Shown here one piece after another: positions 1-7,037 of a stretch of 10,571 bases of DNA. Position 1 is the first letter of the stretch; every line of letters starts with the position of its first letter. Position numbers and translations under genes: made by a program. Origin of the DNA: Candidatus Calescibacterium sp. (lineage in GTDB: Bacteria; Calescibacteriota; Calescibacteriia; Calescibacteriales; Calescibacteriaceae); the NCBI GenBank assembly GCA_032249135.1, contig JAVVGL010000042.1:1-10571 (forward strand), given 5' to 3'. The notes beneath the pieces were generated by a model, which searched no databases, was not told the DNA's origin, and saw only the letters and a list, made by a program, of their open reading frames with translations.

Positions 1-156
1 AAACTCTGGCGAGTTCTGAGGGTAGCCTTCGCTATACCACTCCTTGGGAAGTCTTTTGTAAGGGACTTCTCTCCTTTGCGTCCTGTGGTGGTGCAAGGGA
101 GGTGGGAGGGGATAGCGGGAAGGTTAGGTCCTGATGGCTTTGCAGGGCCGCCCTAA
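1..156 (+). CDS. C-terminal fragment (5'-truncated by window edge) of probable IS200/IS605-family TnpB-related protein
   Basis: Frame +1 is open from base 1 to TAA at 154-156: KLWRVLRVAFAIPLLGKSFVRDFSPLRPVVVQGRWEGIAGRLGPDGFAGPP*. The WxVLRVA...LGK...RDxSPLxP...GxW pattern resembles, from memory, C-terminal tails of 'IS200/IS605 accessory protein TnpB-related' proteins of thermophiles. Bases 1-150 are 84/150 G+C, versus 14/60 for bases 181-240. No RuvC motifs are visible in the window. Confidence 0.62.
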   Translation, partial: KLWRVLRVAFAIPLLGKSFVRDFSPLRPVVVQGRWEGIAGRLGPDGFAGPP

Positions 157-170
157 ATTGCGACAAAGCT
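23..170 (+). ncRNA. Candidate structured RNA (omegaRNA/reRNA-like scaffold) overlapping the tnpB-like 3' end
   Basis: Pairings read by hand: 23-30/119-126 (8 bp), 31-35/112-116, 40-44/104-108, hairpin 46-56/61-71 (11 bp), hairpin 72-82/90-100 (11 bp), hairpin 127-133/143-149, and loop 136-142 GGCTTTG complementary to 164-170 CAAAGCT. Multiple G-T pairs on the + strand would be A-C mismatches on the - strand. Confidence 0.5.
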
Positions 171-229
171 TCTTTCAATACTTTCCCGAAAATAAAGAAA
201 AAATTTTTTAAAGCGATTAATTTATTTAT

Positions 230-571
230 GTGAGAGTAGAGATACAACAGGCTATAGCTCAAACTCCGAATGTAGATAGAGTTCAGGTAAATGTTTCTAA
301 TCCGCAAGTTGCAGAGTCAATAAGACATGCACAAAATATAGCAGAAAAAGTAGAATCTCAAATGAAAGCAGAAGTTGTGGTAGAGATAAATAAATCAGAG
401 AATATAGAACCTATAAAAGATGAAGAAAGAAAAAGAAAAGCCCTCTTGACAAGAAAAGGTGAAGAAAAAGAGGAAAGAAGCGAGAAAGAAAATGAGAGAG
501 AAGAAAAAAATAAAAACCAAAAAGATAAGAAGATACACCGAGAAGGGAGAAAAATAGACATTAGAGCCTAA
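230..571 (+). CDS. Hypothetical highly charged protein (113 aa) ending in GxxIDIxA
   Basis: GTG start, purine-rich coding-strand bias, Q-rich N-terminus, E/K-rich C-terminal half and terminal EGRKIDIRA. Confidence 0.7.
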   Translation: MRVEIQQAIAQTPNVDRVQVNVSNPQVAESIRHAQNIAEKVESQMKAEVVVEINKSENIEPIKDEERKRKALLTRKGEEKEERSEKENEREEKNKNQKDKKIHREGRKIDIRA

Positions 572-574
572 ATT

Positions 575-1375
575 TTATTGGGTATAGCTAATTCCTAATC
601 CTTTTGCAAAATAATGTCCACCATCAACTATTAAAGTTGTGCCATTTATACATCTTGCAGCAGGTGAGGCAAGAAACAAAACTGCCCAAGCTATATCTTC
701 TGGTTCTGCAATCTTTCCCTGTGGTGTATCTCTCTTTATCCTTTCAAGGAATTCCTCAGTTACCCCAACATTTTTTACAAAACCCTCAGTCCAAACAACT
801 CCGGGAGCAACGAGATTTACTCTTATTTTGTATCTTGCCCATTCTGCTGCTAATGTCTTTGTAAATGCTTCAAGACCTGCTTTCCCGGTGGCAGACGGCA
901 AAGCAAACGGCGACCCAAAAATTCCTGTGGTAGCACCTATATTTATTATAACACCCCCATCCTTATTTTCTCTCATAAGAAGACAGGCATACTTTGAGCA
1001 AAGGAAAGTACCTGTGAGAATGGTTTCTATTATTGCATTCCAGCCTTTGAGCGAAAGTTCTTCCGATAAAGAAAGAAAGTTTGCACCCGCATTATTTACA
1101 AGTATATCAAGCCTTCCCTTGTCCTTCCTTATATTTTCAAAAAGTTCCTTTACTGATTCCTCCTGTCTGACATTCACTTGATAGAAAGATATTTTTTTAC
1201 CTGTTAGCTTTTCTATTTCTTCTGCAGTTTTTTGAAGATTTTCAAGTTTCCTTGAGGCAATGATTACATCTGCTCCACATTTTGCAAATTCCGTTGAAAT
1301 AGCTTTTCCTATTCCGGTTCCACCTCCTGTCACGAGTACAACCTTACCTAAAAATGTATCCTCTTTAAAAATCAT
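575..1375 (-). CDS. SDR family oxidoreductase, 2,4-dienoyl-CoA reductase (DECR)-like
   Basis: TGGGTGIG Rossmann motif, IASRK (basic residues implying NADPH), NNAGANF, SATGKAG (catalytic Lys without Tyr, as in DECR-type SDRs), IRVNLVAPG and VDGG. Confidence 0.88.
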   Translation of the reverse strand: MIFKEDTFLGKVVLVTGGGTGIGKAISTEFAKCGADVIIASRKLENLQKTAEEIEKLTGKKISFYQVNVRQEESVKELFENIRKDKGRLDILVNNAGANFLSLSEELSLKGWNAIIETILTGTFLCSKYACLLMRENKDGGVIINIGATTGIFGSPFALPSATGKAGLEAFTKTLAAEWARYKIRVNLVAPGVVWTEGFVKNVGVTEEFLERIKRDTPQGKIAEPEDIAWAVLFLASPAARCINGTTLIVDGGHYFAKGLGISYTQ

Positions 1376-1452
1376 AACAAAAATTTAATGTGAATTTGCC
1401 GACGTTCATATTTTATTCCAAATTTTTTTTCGAAAACTTTAAATTATATCTT

Positions 1453-3285
1453 ATGGTAGAGAAAATAATCTCTATTGATACAAATTTTATAGTAGCAGCT
1501 GGGATAATTTCTATAATATTTGTTGCTATAATAAGCTGGATTGTATTTAAATATTCTCCCGTTGTATTGAAGACTACATTCGGATTTGCTCTGTTCACGA
1601 TTATTATTTTTATTTCCTCTTTCTGGATAGGATCTATTGCTCTGAAGAATTTTTTAAGAAATTGGGGAAAGTATGAGATAAGCAGATTGAAGGAAGGAGC
1701 TTTTGTCATAATTGAAAGAAGAAAAAGCATGCAAAGAAGCATAATAGAGAAATTTGCAGAAAAACCAGACGACATACTTGAAGATAAATTCTCAAGAACC
1801 ATATTTGATTTTCTCGGTGTTGCAAACAAATTTGGTCAAATAGAAAAATCTAACAAGAAAATTATAGATAAAATTCCTGTACCGCAAGAAGAATCGGAAA
1901 GTAGATTCGTAGGAACAGAGGAAGGAGATGTATATCTTATAACATACAAGTTCTCGCAAGATAAAGAAAAAATAATAGTCGGTGGAGAAAATGTAGAAAT
2001 AAGAATTCTGCCGGCTCTCTTGGATATGCTTTCTGCAAAAGATGTAAAAATTGAAAAGAAGAAATCCGAGAGTGTTGAAGATGAAAAGAATGAAGAAAAT
2101 ATAAGCTACGCAAAAGTTGATGCTGGAGAGTTTGAAATACTAATTTTTCCACAAGATGAAAACATAATCTCGCTCGTAAAAACCCTTGCCAGAGGAACAT
2201 CGTTGGGGTTGGTTTTAACGATATTTCTTGCTCTCATCTTCTTCGCAGTAATGACGGTAATATATGTAAGAAGACCTATGCTATCGCTTGTTAGGGGAGC
2301 AAGTGAGATTGAGAAGGGGAATTTTGAGTATGAAATAAAATATGAGGCAAAGGGAGATATAGGAAAACTCATAACAACTTTCAATGACATGGTAAGAGGT
2401 TTGAGAAGAAGAGACGCTCAAATAAAATATAGAAATGAACTACTGGGAGCGATAAGAGAGATAGGAAGATCAATATTGACAGAGTATGACAAAGAGAAAA
2501 TATTCCAAATATGTGTAGATATAGCCGGGATTAAAACAAACTCAAAATGCGCAATATTCCATGACGAAAAAATCAAGTTCTCAGAACCTCCATCTATTTC
2601 AAAAAAGGATATAGAGCATGTTCAAGATGGAGAGGTGATAATTAAGAATGGAAAATATATAATCTGTTATGATATATCTATTCAGAAGGAGACAGAGAGG
2701 GTGGTTTATGGTAAGTTTATCGCTGAGAGAGAAAGGGAATTTATTCCGGAAGAGAAGGAGTTTTTCAGCTCGCTTTTGAGCTATGTATCATCTGCTTGTC
2801 AGCGAAGCGATTATATTTTGAAATTGCAACTTATGCAGTCTATTGATTCAACAACTGGTCTTTTCAATTCCCAATTTTTCAAATCAAGTATAAAGAGGGA
2901 GATATCTATTATGAAGAGATTTGCAAGAAATTTTGGTGTGATATTATTAGAAATAGAGAACGCAAGGGAAATAATAGAAAAGTTTGGATATGTTGTATGG
3001 GATGACATCATCAGAGCGGTTGCAATAATAATGAGAAAATCTGTAAGAGCTTACGATGTTCCCGCAAGACTTGGAAATAATAAGTTTGCACTACTTTTAC
3101 CAAATACGGAATCTCAGAATTTGAAAGTAGTGGAGGATAGATTAAAATCACAAATTCAATCTGCTCCTGAAATCCCCTCTCTCCCAGAGTTAGAACTTAA
3201 ATTAGCAGTATCATCTTACGCAACTGATACCAAATCCCCTGATGAAATACTCCAAATAATAGATGAAATAGTGCAAAATGCATAA
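1453..3285 (+). CDS. Membrane sensor protein: TM helices, HAMP, GAF-like region and degenerate GGDEF domain
   Basis: Three hydrophobic segments; HAMP (RRPMLSLVRGASEIEKGNF...GDIGKLITTFNDMVRGL); GAF-like segment (LLGAIREIGRSIL...EEKEFFSSLLSYVSSA); GGDEF fold (DSTTGLFN...RAYDVPARLGNNKFALLLP). ATG at 1453 is preferred over GTG 1390, which leaves only 14 nt to the divergent SDR start. Confidence 0.85.
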   Translation: MVEKIISIDTNFIVAAGIISIIFVAIISWIVFKYSPVVLKTTFGFALFTIIIFISSFWIGSIALKNFLRNWGKYEISRLKEGAFVIIERRKSMQRSIIEKFAEKPDDILEDKFSRTIFDFLGVANKFGQIEKSNKKIIDKIPVPQEESESRFVGTEEGDVYLITYKFSQDKEKIIVGGENVEIRILPALLDMLSAKDVKIEKKKSESVEDEKNEENISYAKVDAGEFEILIFPQDENIISLVKTLARGTSLGLVLTIFLALIFFAVMTVIYVRRPMLSLVRGASEIEKGNFEYEIKYEAKGDIGKLITTFNDMVRGLRRRDAQIKYRNELLGAIREIGRSILTEYDKEKIFQICVDIAGIKTNSKCAIFHDEKIKFSEPPSISKKDIEHVQDGEVIIKNGKYIICYDISIQKETERVVYGKFIAEREREFIPEEKEFFSSLLSYVSSACQRSDYILKLQLMQSIDSTTGLFNSQFFKSSIKREISIMKRFARNFGVILLEIENAREIIEKFGYVVWDDIIRAVAIIMRKSVRAYDVPARLGNNKFALLLPNTESQNLKVVEDRLKSQIQSAPEIPSLPELELKLAVSSYATDTKSPDEILQIIDEIVQNA

Positions 3286-3363
3286 ATTTCATTAAGAAGA
3301 TGTTAAATAAATAAATGAGAAATAAATGGGAAGGAAAATTTTAAAATAAAATTAAATAGAGGT

Positions 3364-4209
3364 ATGAGGAAAAAGGAAAAAGGTCCTTTTGAAGAAATAG
3401 AGGAATTACAGAGGAGATTTGGGAGGGAAGTCCCGGGATTAGACTACATTGGGCTAAAAAAACCTGAGAGGGTGAAAACCATACCTTTGTTAATAAAACC
3501 AATAACTCTTATATTTATTATAGTTGTGATATCTTTTTTGATATACTACGTAATATATACTCCTGTATCTCAGATGAACTTTTTTAAGAGGGTGGGAGAT
3601 TTTATAGGGAAACAGGTAGTAGAAGAATATGAGAAGAAAAAAGAAGAAATAAAAAAGGAAGAAAAAAAAGATGAAAGTGAGAAAGAGAAAAATTTGGGAT
3701 TTGGAAAAGCTAAACCCGAAAAACCAGAGACTATATGTATAGTGAAAGTTCCTTTTGATTCAGATGTTGCGAATGTGTCCGCGAAAAAAGGCATAAAAGA
3801 GGCAAAAATTGAATTCATAACAAAAAAAGAAAGAAAAATACTTTTTTATATCGGAGATTTTGTATCAGCTCACGATGCAGTTTTTGTTTCCGCAAGGCTG
3901 AACGATAAAGGTGTTCAACACACAGTCAAAAATATAGATGGCAAATGGAGAGTTTATATATTTATTGAATCTCCTTCATTAGAATTTTACAAGAAAAAAG
4001 AAAGCATAACCAGAAAAGACCAGAGCGATATTGAAAAACTTGTATCATCAAAAGTAGGAGAGGTAGTGAAAGCCGAAATAGTGGAGGACGAAACAATAAG
4101 TAATATCTCAACTTTTATTTTCTCCTCTCAGAAGGATTGTGAAGATTTCTTTTCAACTCTTATGAGAGCGGGAAAAAAGGCAGAAAAAGAAATCAAAATA
4201 AATATCTGA
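3364..4209 (+). CDS. Single-pass membrane protein with a possible SPOR-like domain
   Basis: GAGG upstream of ATG. One TM (ITLIFIIVVISFLIYYVIY) and a charged linker, then IGDFVSAHDA...L..KG...GKWRVYI, resembling the SPOR pattern GxF..xxA...L...G...yRV. Confidence 0.6.
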   Translation: MRKKEKGPFEEIEELQRRFGREVPGLDYIGLKKPERVKTIPLLIKPITLIFIIVVISFLIYYVIYTPVSQMNFFKRVGDFIGKQVVEEYEKKKEEIKKEEKKDESEKEKNLGFGKAKPEKPETICIVKVPFDSDVANVSAKKGIKEAKIEFITKKERKILFYIGDFVSAHDAVFVSARLNDKGVQHTVKNIDGKWRVYIFIESPSLEFYKKKESITRKDQSDIEKLVSSKVGEVVKAEIVEDETISNISTFIFSSQKDCEDFFSTLMRAGKKAEKEIKINI

Positions 4210-4222
4210 CTGATTTTTTTTC

Positions 4223-4570
4223 TTACAAAACAAGTTTTTTTCTTTGAGAATCTATTTTTAAGAATTTCCCACAGCCAAAACATCTTATTCCTTCTTTATC
4301 TTTTGTAAAGAAAAGTTTTCTGCCGCAATTTGGACAAATCCCCATTGCATATTTCATATAAATCAAAGAGACAAAAATTAAAGAAAGAGAGAAAAAAAAT
4401 GCAAAAGAAAACCTAACAATATCCTGATGTATTTTTGAAACCCACAGAAACGGGGATATAAATGTCCAAAAGAGAAAGAAAAAAAAGAAAGATAGAATCA
4501 AAGAGAGTATAAGTATTTTTGCTGGTTTTTTCCATCCCTCATTCATAAAATCAGTTTCTTTTGGGATCAT
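4223..4570 (-). CDS. Hypothetical membrane protein with two TM helices and a C-terminal Zn ribbon
   Basis: Two Phe/Leu-rich hydrophobic stretches followed by CPNCG-x13-CFGCG. Confidence 0.72.
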   Translation of the reverse strand: MIPKETDFMNEGWKKPAKILILSLILSFFFFFLFWTFISPFLWVSKIHQDIVRFSFAFFFSLSLIFVSLIYMKYAMGICPNCGRKLFFTKDKEGIRCFGCGKFLKIDSQRKKLVL

Positions 4571-4606
4571 AGTCAGTATAATGTAATATTAATTTACATA
4601 CTTCAT

Positions 4607-4903
4607 TTATTTTTCTGCAACAATATATACACAACCTTCTGGACCAACCTTAGCTAAATGTTTTTCCCCTTTTTCAACATCAAATCTATCTCCCTCCACA
4701 AATTCAAATTCACCTTCATCAGTTCTTATTTTTATTTTCCCCTCAATTACTATGTGAGCTGAATAAAAATCGTGCGTGTGATAAGGATAATAGCTTCCCG
4801 GATAATCTTCCCAGACATAAATCTTTTTGAACCCCTCTTTTCTGAGCAGCTCAAAAATTTCTTCCTTTTTCATTCCTTTATATTTTCCTTTCTCAACAAG
4901 CAT
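4607..4903 (-). CDS. Cupin domain protein
   Basis: PGSYYPYHTH...HIVIEG and GDRFDV...H.AKVG cupin motifs. The start could instead be the second Met (MKKEE). Confidence 0.88.
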   Translation of the reverse strand: MLVEKGKYKGMKKEEIFELLRKEGFKKIYVWEDYPGSYYPYHTHDFYSAHIVIEGKIKIRTDEGEFEFVEGDRFDVEKGEKHLAKVGPEGCVYIVAEK

Positions 4904-4920
4904 AGCTTTTATTTTAGAGT

Positions 4921-6501
4921 TTAGTTTTTGTTTGATTTTTGTTTTTGGTTATTATTTTTTTGTTTCTGATATTCTCCTTTCTCTATCTTTTTTGTAAGTT
5001 CAACGAGTGTTCTTACTCCGAAACCGGTTCCTCCCTTCGCATAAAAATAACCTATTTTTTTTGTTACAAACGCAGGACCAGCAATATCTATATGAACCCA
5101 TTCTATATTTTCTGGGACAAACTTTGCCATGAACATTCCTGCTGTTATAGCACCTCCATATCCATCTCCAACATTTTTGATAAAGGCAAAATCACTTTTG
5201 AGTTTTTCTTCAAGATCCTTATCAAATGGTAATATCCACATTTTTTCTCCTAATTCTCTACCTAAATTGGTTATGAACCATGCGAAATCTTCTGAATTCC
5301 CCATAACTCCCGCTGTATATTCGCCGAGAGCGACCATACAAGCACCAGTAAGGGTTGCAAGATCAACTATCTTTGATACCCCGAGCCGGGAAGCAAATAT
5401 TATGGCATCTACAAGAGTCAATCTTCCTTCTGCATCTGTATTTACAACTTCAATTGTTTTTCCATCCATCGCTTTTATTATGTCATCGGGTCTTTGGGCT
5501 GTTCCTGATGGCATATTTTCACAAGCTGCAAAAATTCCGTGAACTTCAACATCAGGTTTTATTTGGGCTATGACTTTCATAGCTGCAAGGACTGAACAAG
5601 CACCTGATTTATCTAACTTCATCGTAACCATGCTCTGCTGGGGTTTCAGAGAAAGTCCGCCAGAATCAAAGGTTATAGCTTTACCAATAAAAGCAACTTT
5701 ATCTTTTGGTTTTTTGTCTGGTTTCCACCATAAATGAACAAACTTTGGGGGTATAGCGCTACCTTGTCCAACTGCAACGACTCCTCCCATTCCCATCTTT
5801 TTTATTTCTTCAATATCAAATATTTCGCAGCCAAGCCCGTATTTTTCTGCAATAGCTGATGCGATTTCGGATAATGTTGAAGGATTTATGACATTTCCCG
5901 GTTCATTGACGATATCTCTTGCAAAATTTTGAGCTTCACATAAAATCCTCACATAGCTTACAAGATTATTGATTTTTCTATCTGTGATAAGATAAATTTT
6001 CTTTATATCTTTCTTTTTTTCGCTTTCTGTTTCATTATTACTCCCTTTTTCTTTGGATTTTTCTTCTCTTGTATCCTTATATTTTCTGAATTCATACAAA
6101 CCCAAAAAGGCTCCCTCAAGAGCTTCTCTTTCATAGTTTTCAAAACCTAAAATTTGGACTGTATCAAAACCTTTGCTTCTCAAATTTACAAGTCCCAGCG
6201 CAGAAGCTCTTCTTATGTTTTCTTTCTTTATTGGATTTTTTTCGTCTTTTTTCCCAAGACCAACAAATGCGATCCTTTCGTCAGGTGAAATATCTATATC
6301 AAAAAAATCTCCTTCTTTTCCTTTAAAGCCTGCTTTTTCAAGTCTATCATAAATAGGAAATTTCCGAGATATTTCTTTTATATATGGGGAATCCTTGATT
6401 TCATCTTGAAATACACCTATTAAAGTAGCAGGAACTTTCAGTTTTTTCTCCGATACTTCTACCTCTGGTAGCTGAAATAAAGATTCAGTTATAACCTTCA
6501 T
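4921..6501 (-). CDS. pepA: Leucyl aminopeptidase (peptidase M17)
   Basis: GKAITFDSGG, MKLDKSG, CENMPSG, NTDAEGRL signature, DLATLTGA and WVHIDIAG. AAGGA upstream of the start. Confidence 0.96.
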   Translation of the reverse strand: MKVITESLFQLPEVEVSEKKLKVPATLIGVFQDEIKDSPYIKEISRKFPIYDRLEKAGFKGKEGDFFDIDISPDERIAFVGLGKKDEKNPIKKENIRRASALGLVNLRSKGFDTVQILGFENYEREALEGAFLGLYEFRKYKDTREEKSKEKGSNNETESEKKKDIKKIYLITDRKINNLVSYVRILCEAQNFARDIVNEPGNVINPSTLSEIASAIAEKYGLGCEIFDIEEIKKMGMGGVVAVGQGSAIPPKFVHLWWKPDKKPKDKVAFIGKAITFDSGGLSLKPQQSMVTMKLDKSGACSVLAAMKVIAQIKPDVEVHGIFAACENMPSGTAQRPDDIIKAMDGKTIEVVNTDAEGRLTLVDAIIFASRLGVSKIVDLATLTGACMVALGEYTAGVMGNSEDFAWFITNLGRELGEKMWILPFDKDLEEKLKSDFAFIKNVGDGYGGAITAGMFMAKFVPENIEWVHIDIAGPAFVTKKIGYFYAKGGTGFGVRTLVELTKKIEKGEYQKQKNNNQKQKSNKN

Positions 6502-6579
6502 ATCCTTTTACTTTTAGTGCTAAAATATAGATATTTCAAGAAAAATAAAAATATTTTCCCTTGTTGCGTTCTGCCAAAT

Positions 6580-6996
6580 TTACTTTTCTAAAGCGTTAAT
6601 GATTTCTTCAACGCTTTTGATTCCAGCTTTTATCATATCTACATTTACGCCCCCACGATAATAAGCAAATATATGCAAGTTCTGGTAGGCTGTGATGAGA
6701 TTTGCCATAAGTTTTCCATTTCTTGGGATTTTTCTTACAGCATCCATGTATCCATCTATGGAGGTTGGAAGTTTATCTTTTGGTGTTCCTTTTGATATGA
6801 GGTATCCATCTATTGCAAGTAATGCAGCCAAATAAGCGATTCCAGCAGCTTCTCGGGTAGCTTTTGGGTCCTTATAAATTTTACCGTATTCTATTTCCGT
6901 TTTAGATAGGATTTCTTTTGCATTTTTCAAAAATCTTTTTGCTTCACTGATTGCCTCCTCCTTTGTTTTTGGAACAATCCTATTTCTTTTTTTCAT
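6580..6996 (-). CDS. DUF5618-like protein (HEPN-like helical fold)
   Basis: EAKRFLKNAKEIL...Y.DPK..R.A...AY.A.L.A.D...YQNLHI..YY.G matches the recalled DUF5618 pattern. All-helical, 138 aa. Confidence 0.7.
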   Translation of the reverse strand: MKKRNRIVPKTKEEAISEAKRFLKNAKEILSKTEIEYGKIYKDPKATREAAGIAYLAALLAIDGYLISKGTPKDKLPTSIDGYMDAVRKIPRNGKLMANLITAYQNLHIFAYYRGGVNVDMIKAGIKSVEEIINALEK

Positions 6997-7037
6997 AATT
7001 TATATTTTAGTTTGATTCTGTTTAATTTTATTTTCTG

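Larger units (their letters stand above)
1..178 (+). mobile_element. Probable right end of an IS200/IS605-family element
   Basis: Sharp GC drop after ~170. Subterminal hairpin GGTCCTG(127-133)/CAGGGCC(143-149). TCAA at 175-178 is the right-end cleavage tetranucleotide in IS608/ISDra2, but a 4-mer is weak evidence and the exact boundary is uncertain. Confidence 0.5.

Noticed and set aside
1-170. GC-rich structured segment as tRNA, tmRNA, RNase P, SRP, 6S RNA or cobalamin riboswitch
   Set aside because: No T-loop GTTCRA/CCA end, no GAGGAAAGTCC, no SRP helix-8 motif, branched rather than rod-like, and GGGAA/GGTGCAA are not in B12-element spacing. An open frame with TnpB-like character explains it better.
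32-307. 91-aa minus-strand ORF
   Set aside because: Straddles the GC boundary, overlaps two better-supported + strand CDSs and has no recognisable motif.
1390-1452. GTG start at 1390 for the GGDEF protein
   Set aside because: Leaves only 14 nt to the divergent SDR start, and the extension reads like AT-rich intergenic DNA. ATG 1453 is more plausible.
3625-3692. Poly-A tracts and GAA/AAA repeats as phase-variation sites or tandem repeats (also 420-530 and 4921-4970)
   Set aside because: Runs are at most about 8 nt, frames are intact, and they simply encode Lys/Glu/Gln-rich linkers or tails.
358-5573. Antisense/alternate-frame ORFs (358-561, 604-864, 639-1181, 1413-1829, 1937-2200, 2106-2390, 2811-3011, 3570-3818, 4939-5232, 5129-5542, 5355-5573)
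   Set aside because: Shadow ORFs opposite well-supported genes. Their F/S/I/L-rich composition is what the reverse complement of K/E-rich genes gives.
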